Assembly: GCA_964613055.1 (NCBI GenBank)
Contig: CAZTGD010000001.1
Span: forward strand, 6,977-70,976
Length of the DNA: 64,000 bases
From: an uncultured Caldisericales bacterium
GTDB lineage: Bacteria; Caldisericota; Caldisericia; JAAYUI01
Direction: 5' to 3'
The notes under the pieces were generated by a model. It was not told the DNA's origin. It did not search any database and saw nothing but the letters and a program-made list of their open reading frames with translations. Every line of letters begins with the position of its first letter. Within the stretch, counting starts at the first letter, position 1. Positions 38,826-48,978 of the stretch are shown piece by piece. The position numbers and the translations under genes were made by a program.

Positions 38826-41177
38826 GTGTCAGAAGAGAAGATATGGGATAAAAAAAGCACTCCACTGCTTCCTCTGAGGAACGTGGTAGTCTTTCCAGGT
38901 ATGACAGTTCCTCTGATTATTGGTAGGGAAAAATCAGTTAAGGCTATAGAACAGGCGTTTGAAACAGATAGGAAGATTCTCTGTCTGACCCAGAAGAAAG
39001 AACACTATGACGACCCAACACCATCTCAGTTGTATCAAGTAGGTACGGGATGTGAGCTACTGAAGATTCAGCAGAGACTCCCTGACGGCAACATGAGAAT
39101 TATCATAGAAGGTATAGAACGATTGAGAGCAGTTGGTTTCAATCAAAGTGATGATCTGACAACCGTTGATGTTGAAAGAATCCTTTCAGTTGGTGATGTA
39201 AATACAAAGGTTAGAGCGTCTATGCGTGTTTTGTCGAGTAAATTCGAGGAATACTTCCGAATACACAAGAGACTGCTTCCTGAGATACTACTGGGGCTTG
39301 AGGATATTAGTGACCCAGACAAACTAGTGAACATCGTTACAGCAAATATTGGTTTATCTATAAAAAACAAACAGAGAATTCTTTCAGAACAAAATATTAA
39401 AACGAGATTGAACATTCTCATCAGGATGCTCTCTGAGGAACTTGAGGTTCTATCCATCCAGAAGAAGATCGAGTCAGATGTAAAAAATAAGATAGATAAA
39501 ACCCAAAGGGAGTATTATCTGCGAGAACAGCTTCGTTCAATACAAAAGGAGCTTGGTGAGTCAGGTGATGATCAATCTGGTGAAATCGGTGAGTATCGCA
39601 AAAAGATAGAAAAACGAGATGATCTGCCTGATTATGTTATCGATAAGTGCAACGAACAGCTTGATAAGTTGCAGAAGATGCCCCCCATGGCAACCGAAGG
39701 TTCGGTCATAAGGAATTACCTCGATTGGCTGATCGTGCACCTGCCATGGAAGAATATCACAGAAGACAGACTGGATGTTAAGCAGGCGAGTATCATCCTC
39801 AATGAAGACCACTATGACCTAGATGAAGTGAAAGAACGCATTCTTGAGTATCTGGCAGTGCGTCAACTCTCCCCCAAAACGAAAAGCCCCATCCTGTGCC
39901 TGGTTGGACCACCAGGTGTTGGCAAAACCTCTCTCGGAAAATCAGTTGCTAGAGCCATGGGAAGGAAATTCGTTCGCATGTCCCTGGGTGGTATTAAGGA
40001 TGAGGCAGAGATACGTGGTCATCGAAGGACATATGTTGGTTCCATGCCCGGTAGGATAGTGCAAGGGATGAAACAAGCTGGCTCATCCAATCCAGTATTT
40101 TTACTCGATGAGATAGACAAGGTAGGTGTTGATTTTAGGGGTGATCCGACATCCGCTCTACTTGAGGCTTTAGACCCAGAACAGAACACTGCTTTCTCTG
40201 ATAATTATCTTGAGATACCATATGACCTTTCAGATGTTTTATTCATAACAACAGCAAATGTTACACACACCATACCAAGTGCATTATTCGATCGAATGGA
40301 ATCGATAACTATTCCCGGTTATACCCAGTTTGACAAGGTAGAAATAGCCAAACAATTCCTCATACCAAAACAACTGGAGAATAATGGTCTCAAACCATCA
40401 TACATAAGCATTCCAGACGAAACAATTGAAAGGATCATCAGGCGTTATACTAGAGAATCGGGATTAAGGTCTCTTGAGCGTAAGATTGCCAAGTTGATGA
40501 GGAAGTTCGCAAAGAGGAAGGTCGTTGGTGAGATTGACAAAAGTGTCGAGATCAAACCTGACAACCTTTCTGATTACCTCGATGTTCCAATCTTCAAATC
40601 AGATGTACAAAGAAAAAAAGATGAGATAGGAACTGTTACTGGTTTGGCAGTTACAGAGCAGGGTGGTGAGGTGCTTTGTATCGAGAGCACGATTATGGAC
40701 GGCACAGGAAAACTAATACTCACAGGTCAACTGGGCGATGTGATGAAGGAGTCTGCAAGAGCAGCTCTCTCCTTTGTAAAATCTCACAGAAACGAATTGG
40801 GGATATCAAACGACTACAAAGAGAGTGAACATGACATACACATACACTTTCCAGAAGGTGCGATACCAAAGGATGGTCCATCAGCTGGCGTTGGTATAGT
40901 TACATCCCTTGTTTCTGTGTTAGCAAAAAGATATGTCAGCTCAAAGGTCGCAATGACCGGAGAGGTTACACTCAGGGGTAATGTACTGCCCGTAGGTGGT
41001 ATAAAGCAAAAGGTACTTGCTGCCTATAGAAATAATATTTCTAGGGTAATATTACCGACAGAGAATAAACCTCATCTGGCTAAGGTTCCCGACAGAGTAA
41101 AAAAGGACATGGAGTTCGTTTTTGTAGACAAGATAAAGGAAGTATTAGAGGGAGCCCTTATCAAAGATGAATGCTAG
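38826..41177 (+). CDS. lon: ATP-dependent protease Lon
   Basis: Lon N-domain PLLPLRNVVVFPGM. AAA+ LVGPPGVGKTSLGKSVA. Catalytic DGPSAGVG and Lys region. GTG 38826 with AAAGGAG RBS 8 nt upstream (table start GTG 38817). Confidence 0.9.
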   Translation: MSEEKIWDKKSTPLLPLRNVVVFPGMTVPLIIGREKSVKAIEQAFETDRKILCLTQKKEHYDDPTPSQLYQVGTGCELLKIQQRLPDGNMRIIIEGIERLRAVGFNQSDDLTTVDVERILSVGDVNTKVRASMRVLSSKFEEYFRIHKRLLPEILLGLEDISDPDKLVNIVTANIGLSIKNKQRILSEQNIKTRLNILIRMLSEELEVLSIQKKIESDVKNKIDKTQREYYLREQLRSIQKELGESGDDQSGEIGEYRKKIEKRDDLPDYVIDKCNEQLDKLQKMPPMATEGSVIRNYLDWLIVHLPWKNITEDRLDVKQASIILNEDHYDLDEVKERILEYLAVRQLSPKTKSPILCLVGPPGVGKTSLGKSVARAMGRKFVRMSLGGIKDEAEIRGHRRTYVGSMPGRIVQGMKQAGSSNPVFLLDEIDKVGVDFRGDPTSALLEALDPEQNTAFSDNYLEIPYDLSDVLFITTANVTHTIPSALFDRMESITIPGYTQFDKVEIAKQFLIPKQLENNGLKPSYISIPDETIERIIRRYTRESGLRSLERKIAKLMRKFAKRKVVGEIDKSVEIKPDNLSDYLDVPIFKSDVQRKKDEIGTVTGLAVTEQGGEVLCIESTIMDGTGKLILTGQLGDVMKESARAALSFVKSHRNELGISNDYKESEHDIHIHFPEGAIPKDGPSAGVGIVTSLVSVLAKRYVSSKVAMTGEVTLRGNVLPVGGIKQKVLAAYRNNISRVILPTENKPHLAKVPDRVKKDMEFVFVDKIKEVLEGALIKDEC

Positions 41178-42483
41178 AGGAATTGTCTCAATAAGAGCGC
41201 TTGGTTGTCCAAAAGCCATCGTTGATGCAGAACAACTGCTTGCTGTTGCTCAAGACTGCGGCTATCAGGTTAAACTAGATTCTTATTATTGTGATGTCCT
41301 TATCGTTAATACATGTTCCTTTATAGAAAACGCTCGAGAAGAGAGCTTTGAAGCCATAGAAGAAGCTCTTCAACAAAAGTCTGAAGGCAGAGCACACAAA
41401 GTTTTTGTTACAGGATGCCTTCCTCAGATAATGATTGATGAAATAAGAACCAGCTACCCAGAAGTTGATGGGTGTCTTGGAGCTGGAATCAATTCCGTTT
41501 TAAAGGATGTTCTACAAGGTGATGTTTCATATAGGATAAGAGGAGAAGTATCTCCAGACCATGAGGTTCTTCCACGTTACAGAATTACGCTACCCCATGT
41601 TTCTTATCTGAGGTTGGCGGAAGGATGCTCAAACAGATGCTCATACTGCAGGATACCTGAGATAAGAGGTGATGTTCATTCGTTCCCGTTGAATCAGGTA
41701 ATATCTGAAGCGAAGGAGTTGGTCTCATCAGGCGTTAGGGAATTGATCCTAATAGCTGAGGACACAGCAATCGTTGGTTTGGATACAGATCCCAAATATT
41801 CATTGTCCAATGTTACGAAAGCTCTATCGGATATAGATGGCCTTGATTGGATAAGGATACTCTATACAAACCCAATGCACTTAACCGATGAAACGATTAG
41901 AGCTTTTAATGCACCAAAGGTACTTCCATACTTTGATATCCCCATCCAGCATTGTGATACTGGTATACTAAAAGCTATGGGCAGACCAATGCCTGATAAA
42001 GATGGTATCAGCAAGCTTGTTGAGAAAATTAGAGATACATTCGATGACCCAACCATTAGGTCAACTGTTATCGTGGGATTCCCTGGAGAGGATGAAAATG
42101 AATTTAGCCAGTTAGATGATTTTATAGGAGAGATAGAGTTTGATAGACTTGGTGTTTTTGCATACTCACCTGAACAATCAACTCCTGCTTATATTCTTGA
42201 CCATGCCTCAGACGATGTTGTGTCTGATCGATGCGAACAGATTATCATGACCCAGCAGGATGTAAACTGGAGGCGAAATTCTCAACTACTCGGAAAGATA
42301 ATTCCAGTTATTGTCGATCATGTTGATGATTCTAAGGGCATCGGAAGAACAAAGGCTGATGCCCCCGAGATTGATTGTCAGGTCAGAATTGACTCGGAAG
42401 GTCTTTCAGTTGGTGATATAATGGATGTAAAAATAACCGATCATGACCATTATGATCTTGTGGGAGTTTGCAATGCTGATTAG
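41167..42483 (+). CDS. rimO: Radical-SAM methylthiotransferase (RimO-like; MTTase family)
   Basis: MTTase N-domain (ALGCPKAIVDAEQL...VNTCSF). Radical-SAM AEGCSNRCSYCRIPEIRG. C-terminal TRAM-like domain. The rimO versus mtaB/miaB choice rests on size and the IP..RG motif. Confidence 0.65.
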   Translation: MNARGIVSIRALGCPKAIVDAEQLLAVAQDCGYQVKLDSYYCDVLIVNTCSFIENAREESFEAIEEALQQKSEGRAHKVFVTGCLPQIMIDEIRTSYPEVDGCLGAGINSVLKDVLQGDVSYRIRGEVSPDHEVLPRYRITLPHVSYLRLAEGCSNRCSYCRIPEIRGDVHSFPLNQVISEAKELVSSGVRELILIAEDTAIVGLDTDPKYSLSNVTKALSDIDGLDWIRILYTNPMHLTDETIRAFNAPKVLPYFDIPIQHCDTGILKAMGRPMPDKDGISKLVEKIRDTFDDPTIRSTVIVGFPGEDENEFSQLDDFIGEIEFDRLGVFAYSPEQSTPAYILDHASDDVVSDRCEQIIMTQQDVNWRRNSQLLGKIIPVIVDHVDDSKGIGRTKADAPEIDCQVRIDSEGLSVGDIMDVKITDHDHYDLVGVCNAD

Positions 42484-43012
42484 GTCTTTTATAGCATTGA
42501 CTCTGTCAGATGACATAAAAAAATACCTTGATGTTGTTGTGGCTGATTTCAAGAGGTTGGGTATTAAAGTAAGCTGGACAAAACCAGGTAATTTCCATCT
42601 AACACTGAAGTTTCTTGGTGATATTGATGATTCGTCTGTCCCGTTGGTTACAGACAGTTTGGAGAAAGTTTCTTTAGGGCTTCCATCTAAATGCAAACTC
42701 ACATCTATCTCAGCGTTCCCAAATAGGAGTAGACCAAGAGTAATATGGTATGGAATCCAAGATAATATAAGCGAGAACCTTTACCAACAGATTCAGAATA
42801 TTTGTCGTAAACTTGGGTTTCAAAGAGATAGCAAACCATTTAAACCACATCTGACACTTGGGAGAGTTAAGGGTGAGAGGATGGATATTTCAAGCCTGCT
42901 TGATAAATACTCAGACAAGAAGGTGGCTGGTCAATTTGAATCTCTGTGTCTCTTTAGATCAGACCTTTCAACTGCCGGACCGAGATATACCCCACTGTGG
43001 GAGAAAGAGTAG
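42476..43012 (+). CDS. thpR: RNA 2',3'-cyclic phosphodiesterase (2'-5' RNA ligase family, 2H phosphoesterase)
   Basis: Two H-x-T-x motifs (HLTLKFLG and PHLTLGRV). ATG 42476 overlaps the rimO stop. The table start is 42443. Confidence 0.75.
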   Translation: MIRSFIALTLSDDIKKYLDVVVADFKRLGIKVSWTKPGNFHLTLKFLGDIDDSSVPLVTDSLEKVSLGLPSKCKLTSISAFPNRSRPRVIWYGIQDNISENLYQQIQNICRKLGFQRDSKPFKPHLTLGRVKGERMDISSLLDKYSDKKVAGQFESLCLFRSDLSTAGPRYTPLWEKE

Positions 43013-43017
43013 TGAAC

Positions 43018-44061
43018 ATGGCTACAAAAAAGAACGACAAGGTAAAAACAGAGAGAGATAAGGCTTTGGATTCTGCAATTGCCGCCATTGAAAAAAACTA
43101 CGGCAAAGGAACTGTCATGCGTTTAGGTGACGGAAAGAGCAGAATGACGGTCGAAGTTATTCCAACAGGCATTCTATCCCTAGATATTGCGCTTGGTGTT
43201 GGTGGATTACCAAGAGGTAGGATCATAGAGATATACGGCAATGAGGGTTCTGGTAAGACCACGATTGCGTTAACAGCCATTGCTTCATGTCAACGAATGG
43301 GTGGGAAAACCGTATTCATCGACGCAGAACATGCACTTGACCCCAGTTATGCAAAGAGACTGGGCATAGATTTGAATGAACTTATCATCTCACAACCTGA
43401 CTCTGCTGAACAAGCGCTCGAGATAGCAGAGATTCTCACCAGGTCAGGGGCTATAGACATGTTTGTAGTTGATTCGGTTGCGGCACTCGTACCAAGGGCT
43501 GAGCTTGAAGGTGAGATGGGTGATGCATCCGTTGGACTCCAGGCAAGACTTATGTCAAAAGCCATGCGAAAACTAGCAGGAGGCATGGGAAAGAGTCATA
43601 CCGCTGGTATCTTTATCAACCAGATTAGAGAGAAAATCGGTGTCATGTTTGGCAATCCTGAAACCACTCCTGGTGGTCGTTCGCTGAAGTTCGCAACTAC
43701 GGTTAGGATTCAGGTAAGGCGAGGAGAAACATACAAAGATGCTGACAGGTCTTACGGCGCTCAGGCGAAGATAAAGGTCGTAAAAAACAAGGTAGCCCCT
43801 CCATACAGGCAAGCTGAATTCGACATCATTTTTGGTGAGGGTGTCTCACGCGAGTCACAACTTTTAAAACTCGGAGTTGACCTTGATGTCATTGAAAAAT
43901 CAGGGACATGGTTCTCTTATAATGGTGAACGTCTCGGTCAGGGACGTGAGAATGCGAAGGTTACTATTAAAGATAATCCGGCTATGGCTGATGAAATCGA
44001 GATAAAGATAAAATCAGCCTATGGATTGCCAACTCCAGAAAAGAATGAAAAGGAGGAGTGA
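43018..44061 (+). CDS. recA: Recombinase RecA
   Basis: Walker [16 protein letters not shown]. Walker [14 protein letters not shown]2 loop [12 protein letters not shown] 43018 with GGGAGAAAGAG RBS. Confidence 0.92.
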   Translation: MATKKNDKVKTERDKALDSAIAAIEKNYGKGTVMRLGDGKSRMTVEVIPTGILSLDIALGVGGLPRGRIIEIYGNEGSGKTTIALTAIASCQRMGGKTVFIDAEHALDPSYAKRLGIDLNELIISQPDSAEQALEIAEILTRSGAIDMFVVDSVAALVPRAELEGEMGDASVGLQARLMSKAMRKLAGGMGKSHTAGIFINQIREKIGVMFGNPETTPGGRSLKFATTVRIQVRRGETYKDADRSYGAQAKIKVVKNKVAPPYRQAEFDIIFGEGVSRESQLLKLGVDLDVIEKSGTWFSYNGERLGQGRENAKVTIKDNPAMADEIEIKIKSAYGLPTPEKNEKEE

Positions 44062-44470
44062 TCCACTTGATTATGCATATAGATTGCTGTCAATCAGGGA
44101 CAGAGCATGGTCAGAGATTGAAAAGAGAATGCGAATCAAGGGTTATTCTGTCAAGGAAATTGAAAGTGTTAAGGATAGACTCCTTGAGCTAAAACTCATC
44201 AATGATGATGAGTTTGTGGTTTTGTACATTGAAAACAAAAGAAAAAAACTCTGGGGACCGATTAGAATCATGATGGAACTACAAAGACTCGGTCTACATA
44301 GAATTTTGATAGAAAGACACCTTGAAGATGTTGATTGGGAAACTGTCTTTGATGAAGCGGTGAAAACGTTTCAGAGCAGATTCAAAGACAGGAGACTCAT
44401 TTCAAAGCTTCAAAGGCAAGGTTTTCCACTCTGTTGGATTTGGGAAGCGGTAAAGCAAATCGATAACTAA
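44021..44470 (+). CDS. recX: Recombination regulator RecX
   Basis: [26 protein letters not shown]... is a three-helical-repeat RecX-like sequence directly after recA. Start ambiguous (ATG 44021 or 44045), both overlapping the recA 3' end. Confidence 0.75.
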   Translation: MDCQLQKRMKRRSDPLDYAYRLLSIRDRAWSEIEKRMRIKGYSVKEIESVKDRLLELKLINDDEFVVLYIENKRKKLWGPIRIMMELQRLGLHRILIERHLEDVDWETVFDEAVKTFQSRFKDRRLISKLQRQGFPLCWIWEAVKQIDN

Positions 44471-44482
44471 GGAGACGTTGAA

Positions 44483-46027
44483 ATGGACATAGTACTGTAT
44501 GTGATTATAGGATTCGTTATCGGAGGAGTCCTAGCATATCTTGTGGCGAATACTCTTTCTACAAAGACATCAAAAGGCAAGATAAAGCTGGCAAACGATG
44601 AAGCCGATCGAATAATTGAGAATGCTAAAAAGGAAGCTGACAGCGAGAAAAAAGAGATATTACTCACTGCTAAGGATGATGCCATGCGCATTGTCAGAGA
44701 ACAGAAGGCTGAGTTTAATCAACAAAGAAAAGAACTAACAGCTATTGAAAACAGGTTTTCTGTCAGAGAGGAGAAACTGGACCGAAGGTCTGAGAATCTT
44801 AATGCGCGTGAGAATGGTATAACAAGGCGAGAGAAAGAGCTGGATGTAAAGAATGAAAAGGTTGATCAGCTAGTCCTCAAACAACAGAAGGAACTTGAGA
44901 GAATTGCTGGTCTGTCCAGAGATGAAGCCAAGCAGGTGATATTGAGAGAAACAGAAAACAAGATGGAGCTTGAACTGGCGGCTAAGATTAAGTCCATGGA
45001 GGAAGAAGCTAAGGACAAGGCATATATCACCTCAAGGAATATCATAGCAAACTCTATTCAGAGGATTGCATCGGATTACACCGCTGAGGTAACGGTGTCT
45101 GCGGTTCCTTTGCCAAATGAGGAGATAAAGGGAAAGATAATCGGTAGGGAAGGTAGGAACATCCGCGCTTTTGAAACAGAGACCGGTGTTGATCTTCTTG
45201 TTGACGATACACCTGAGGTGGTTACAATATCCTCTTTTGACCCCATGAAGCGTGAGATAGGCAAGATGGCTTTAGAGAAACTTATCAACGATGGACGTAT
45301 ACATCCTGGAAGGATTGAAGAGGTTGTAACAAAGGCAACAAAAGAATTGGATGATAAGCTGAAGATAGAGGGTGAGCAAGCGTTGCTTGAGGTTAGTGTT
45401 CATTCAGTAAAACCAGAGTTGGTTAAATTACTAGGTAGGTTAAAATTCAGAACGTCTTATGGTCAGAATGTACTCAAGCATTCCATAGAGGTCGCACTCC
45501 TTGCTTCACACATGGCATCTGAACTAAACCTAAACACGAGAATTGCCAGAAGAGCGGGTTTGTTTCATGACATCGGAAAAGCAGTCGATAGAGAGAAGGA
45601 AGGTACACACGATGAGTTAGGCGCTGAGATACTCAAAAGGTTCAGCGAACGCACAGAGATTATTGAATCAGCACAACTTCATCACACAGACATTGCTCCT
45701 ACAAACGTTTATCCCGTCCTCATTCAGGCGGCAGATGCCATATCCGCTTCAAGACCTGGAGCCAGGAGAGAGAGTTTTGAGGCTTACATACAGAGACTTG
45801 AGTCATTAGAAGGCATTGCAAAGAGCTTTGATGGTGTTGATAAAACATTTGCAATACAGGCTGGTAGAGAACTCAGGGTAATCGTTAAACCAAAGATGAT
45901 AGATGATGTATTGGCTCATAAAATGGCAAGGGAAATTGCTCAAAGAGTCGAAAATGAACTCACCTATCCCGGTAATATAAAGGTTACTGTTATCAGGGAG
46001 AGTCGCTATTCAGAGAACGCCAAGTGA
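44483..46027 (+). CDS. rny: Ribonuclease Y
   Basis: N-terminal TM helix MDIVLYVIIGFVIGGVLAYL. Coiled coil. KH domain IIGREGRNIRAFETETGVDL. HD domain HSIEVALLASHMA...GLFHDIGKA. Confidence 0.88.
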   Translation: MDIVLYVIIGFVIGGVLAYLVANTLSTKTSKGKIKLANDEADRIIENAKKEADSEKKEILLTAKDDAMRIVREQKAEFNQQRKELTAIENRFSVREEKLDRRSENLNARENGITRREKELDVKNEKVDQLVLKQQKELERIAGLSRDEAKQVILRETENKMELELAAKIKSMEEEAKDKAYITSRNIIANSIQRIASDYTAEVTVSAVPLPNEEIKGKIIGREGRNIRAFETETGVDLLVDDTPEVVTISSFDPMKREIGKMALEKLINDGRIHPGRIEEVVTKATKELDDKLKIEGEQALLEVSVHSVKPELVKLLGRLKFRTSYGQNVLKHSIEVALLASHMASELNLNTRIARRAGLFHDIGKAVDREKEGTHDELGAEILKRFSERTEIIESAQLHHTDIAPTNVYPVLIQAADAISASRPGARRESFEAYIQRLESLEGIAKSFDGVDKTFAIQAGRELRVIVKPKMIDDVLAHKMAREIAQRVENELTYPGNIKVTVIRESRYSENAK

Positions 46028-46809
46028 TTGCACTGCTTATTGGTGATATTGTTGGCAGACCAGGCAGGAAAGCTGTCAGAGAGGTTTTGCCTTCACTCAA
46101 GGATGAACTGTCAATTGACTATGTTATTGCCAATGCTGACAATGCCTCAGGTGGATTTGGTTTAACCAGGGATAACGCCGATGAGTTGAGAACGTATGGC
46201 GTTGATGGATTCACACTTGGAAACCATGTGTGGGATCAGAAAGAAGCACCATCGATGGTTGAAAGCGATCCACAGATGGCTAGACCAGCAAACTTTCCAG
46301 AAGGCTCTCCAGGTCAAGGGTATTTTTATCTAGATGGTGTTTCTGGAATGCTTTGTGTTCTGCACCTTCAGGGAAGGGTATTCATGGATCCGATTGATTG
46401 CCCTTTTAGAGTTGGTAAAAGATTGGTTGAAGAAATGAGAGGGAACACAAAAGCCATTATCATTGACATTCATGGAGAAGCCACATCAGAGAAGCAGGCG
46501 ATTGGTGTTTATTTTGATGGAAGTGTTTCAGCGGTCGTAGGAACTCATACCCATGTAGCAACAGCCGATGAGAGAATACTTGAGGGTGGAACTGGATTTC
46601 ACACGGATGTCGGTATGACAGGTCCACATAGATCAGTTATCGGGATGAAAGCTGAGGGACCACTCAAGAAGATGGTTGAACACATGAGGACACGCTTTGA
46701 ACCGGCCGTCGAAGACGTATGGTTTAATTCCACTCTCATCGAGATTGACAAAGAAACAGGTCGATGTGTTCGAATAGAACGGGTTTCAAGGTCTATTGAC
46801 GATCAATAG
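46024..46809 (+). CDS. ymdB: YmdB-family metallophosphoesterase (2',3'-cyclic-nucleotide phosphodiesterase, TIGR00282-like)
   Basis: N-terminal IALLIGDIVGRPGR. Metallophosphoesterase motifs GNHVWD and GTHTHV. Conserved rny-ymdB pairing, as in Bacillus. GTG start overlaps the rny stop (GTGA). Confidence 0.8.
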   Translation: MIALLIGDIVGRPGRKAVREVLPSLKDELSIDYVIANADNASGGFGLTRDNADELRTYGVDGFTLGNHVWDQKEAPSMVESDPQMARPANFPEGSPGQGYFYLDGVSGMLCVLHLQGRVFMDPIDCPFRVGKRLVEEMRGNTKAIIIDIHGEATSEKQAIGVYFDGSVSAVVGTHTHVATADERILEGGTGFHTDVGMTGPHRSVIGMKAEGPLKKMVEHMRTRFEPAVEDVWFNSTLIEIDKETGRCVRIERVSRSIDDQ

Positions 46810-47545
46810 GCTCGAATGTTTCTTCAGCTGGATTTGCTTTCTTGGCAACAAACTGAATTGTTGGAGCACATCCTATGAGGTTTCTCTCTTGTGAGAGGCG
46901 GTATTCAATGGTTATGAGATTATCCAACTCGCTTTGAGTCCATTTTTCCCTTTTCAGACGATCTTCACTGAGCATAGACAAAGCAATCTGCCATCCATAG
47001 ATGTCAACCACCTTAAAACCCACTGCTTCAAGTGTCACTATTAAACTCTGAGGTGAATGGCACTCACTCACTCCGTCCCAATTACCCTGAGACTCCGTGT
47101 TATCATCAAGCAATTCAATCGCATTGCTTATTGAATTGCTGATCATGGAAAGAGAACAGGCAAAGCGGTTTGGAATACAGCCAATAAATATACCACCCTC
47201 TCGAAGTTTGTCGAATGCAAGTCGAGATGTTTTCTCTAATTCTAATTCATCGCATAACCAGCTGGATGAATATATAAACCCAAAGCTTTTATTTGGCATA
47301 TTCTGAAGCTCTTCAGGTATGCAACCTATAATATCTGATTGGGGGTCACAAAGTTTTGTCACAGCGAATCCTGATGATTCTAGATAATTGGATGTTTCAT
47401 TCTCGTTTTCACCATCCAGTACTAAAACTGCACATTCTTCATCGGGTATGTATCCAAGGATGGCGTAGCTCAACAGCTTGTTAATCGCTGTGCCAGCAAG
47501 TGTCCCCTTACCACAGTTTGGGTTTCTGTTCCACTTATCAGCCAT
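46793..47545 (-). CDS. Hypothetical protein, possible degenerate class I SAM-dependent methyltransferase fold
   Basis: VLVLDGENENE (degenerate motif I position) and REGGIFIGCIPNRF (post-II-like). Last gene of the mfd operon, translationally coupled (8-nt overlap) to the Cys-rich mini-protein. Confidence 0.4.
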   Translation of the reverse strand: MADKWNRNPNCGKGTLAGTAINKLLSYAILGYIPDEECAVLVLDGENENETSNYLESSGFAVTKLCDPQSDIIGCIPEELQNMPNKSFGFIYSSSWLCDELELEKTSRLAFDKLREGGIFIGCIPNRFACSLSMISNSISNAIELLDDNTESQGNWDGVSECHSPQSLIVTLEAVGFKVVDIYGWQIALSMLSEDRLKREKWTQSELDNLITIEYRLSQERNLIGCAPTIQFVAKKANPAEETFEPIDRQ

Positions 47546-47759
47546 TGTATGAACTCGATCTCAAATAGAACTCGATAGTGCGATCAAAGGTTGCTTCATC
47601 TTTTTTGTTAAAGTAGCATGCAGGTAGCTCCCCAAGAGCTCTGTGATACTCAATACACTCACAACATACACCATGTCTTGGGCAGTTATAAGTGCAGTTG
47701 CACTCGCTGTTTACTTCACCCTTTTTCAGTTTTCTATCTCTTCTTTTACAATTACTCAT
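47538..47759 (-). CDS. Small cysteine-rich protein (8 Cys; C-x-C...CPRHGVCCECIEYH), putative metal-binding
   Basis: 73 aa. Basic N-terminus, then CNCTYNCPRHGVCCECIEYHRALGELPACY. Start and stop overlap both neighbouring genes by 8 nt. Resembles small Cys-rich DUF-type proteins, but the family cannot be confirmed. Confidence 0.5.
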   Translation of the reverse strand: MSNCKRRDRKLKKGEVNSECNCTYNCPRHGVCCECIEYHRALGELPACYFNKKDEATFDRTIEFYLRSSSYNG

Positions 47760-48978
47760 TTCCGTCTACCAATTTTGATTTGTTCCACAGATCATCCATC
47801 TCTTTCATTGACATAGATTCTATCGGTTTATTATTTTTTTCTGATGCGTACTCAATGTATTGAAACCTCTTTGTAAACTTGTTCAATGTCAGAGAAAGTG
47901 ATATCTCAGGTTTGATTTTTGCGAATCGAGCAAGGTTGAGTAGAGTGAAAATAGTATCACCAAGTTCATTTTCAATTGATTCAATATCACCATCCCTGAT
48001 GGCATTCTTCAGTTCAGTTGTTTCCTCCAGCAGTTTCTCCATCACCCCATCTATGGTTTCCCAATCAAAACCCAATCCCTTTACAAAAGCCATTACTCTG
48101 TCAGCTCTCACCAGAGGAGGTAGGTCAGATGGAATGTCAGTAATTTTTCTTATTTCAGCTTGTTCTTCTCTTTTAATCTCACCCCACTGCTTCAGAACCT
48201 CGTCAGGCGTATCCACCGTAGAATGACCAAATACATGTGGGTGCCTGTTCCTCAGTTTTTCGAGCATTGAGTTTATTACAATTGAAATATTCAAATTATT
48301 TTTCTCAGATTCGATTCGAGAGATCATCAGAACAAGTAACAGGACGTCTCCCAACTCACTCGCTATTGAGTATTCTGAATGCCTCTTTATGGCTTCCCAG
48401 GTTTCGTATACCTCCTCTAACAGATTTTCCATTAGAGTTATTGATGTTTGCTTGGCATCCCATGGGCACTTCTTTCGGAGTGTGTCGATTATCATCTGGG
48501 CATTGTAGAAATCTTGAGCATCGTTATCAACGATGATCTCCCTTACATACTCAGCTTCATGAACTAATCCCTCTTGACCAGTGGTCTCAATCGAATTCTC
48601 ACTTCTGATCTCACGTATCTCATTTATTGCCTTTTCAGCGTTCATGTCCTTCATGACAACAAGATACACGGCACACATAGTGGCTGATCTCCCGTATCCA
48701 GCCATGCAATGTACAAGAACGGGTTGTTTCATCTGTTTCATAAAGGTTGCCCAGCGGATGAATGTCTTTAGTTGAGAGAGTGTTGGTTTACCGTAATCAG
48801 GCACAAGAAGATTGATATGATGAAAACCATACTCAGCGAGTTCTTCTTCGGAGAAAGGTATCTCGCACATTGAAGCAATTGCTTTCACGCCGGCTTTTTT
48901 GAGAAGCTTAAGCATCGTATGGCTTTCAGGTAGGGAGGAAACAATCAATTCATCTTCAATTATCCATGAGTAGTTCAC
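47752..48978 (-). CDS. Fusion protein: dual-specificity/tyrosine phosphatase domain (HCxxGxxRS) + tandem MazG nucleoside-triphosphate pyrophosphohydrolase domains
   Basis: N-terminal VLVHCMAGYGRSATMCAVYL (CX5R P-loop). C-terminal two MazG EExxE/ELGD motifs (LEEVYETWEAI...ELGDVLLLV and LEETTELKNAI...ELGDTIFTL). GTG start overlaps the mfd stop as GTGA. Strong GAGGAGGA RBS. Confidence 0.7.
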   Translation of the reverse strand: MNYSWIIEDELIVSSLPESHTMLKLLKKAGVKAIASMCEIPFSEEELAEYGFHHINLLVPDYGKPTLSQLKTFIRWATFMKQMKQPVLVHCMAGYGRSATMCAVYLVVMKDMNAEKAINEIREIRSENSIETTGQEGLVHEAEYVREIIVDNDAQDFYNAQMIIDTLRKKCPWDAKQTSITLMENLLEEVYETWEAIKRHSEYSIASELGDVLLLVLMISRIESEKNNLNISIVINSMLEKLRNRHPHVFGHSTVDTPDEVLKQWGEIKREEQAEIRKITDIPSDLPPLVRADRVMAFVKGLGFDWETIDGVMEKLLEETTELKNAIRDGDIESIENELGDTIFTLLNLARFAKIKPEISLSLTLNKFTKRFQYIEYASEKNNKPIESMSMKEMDDLWNKSKLVDGNE

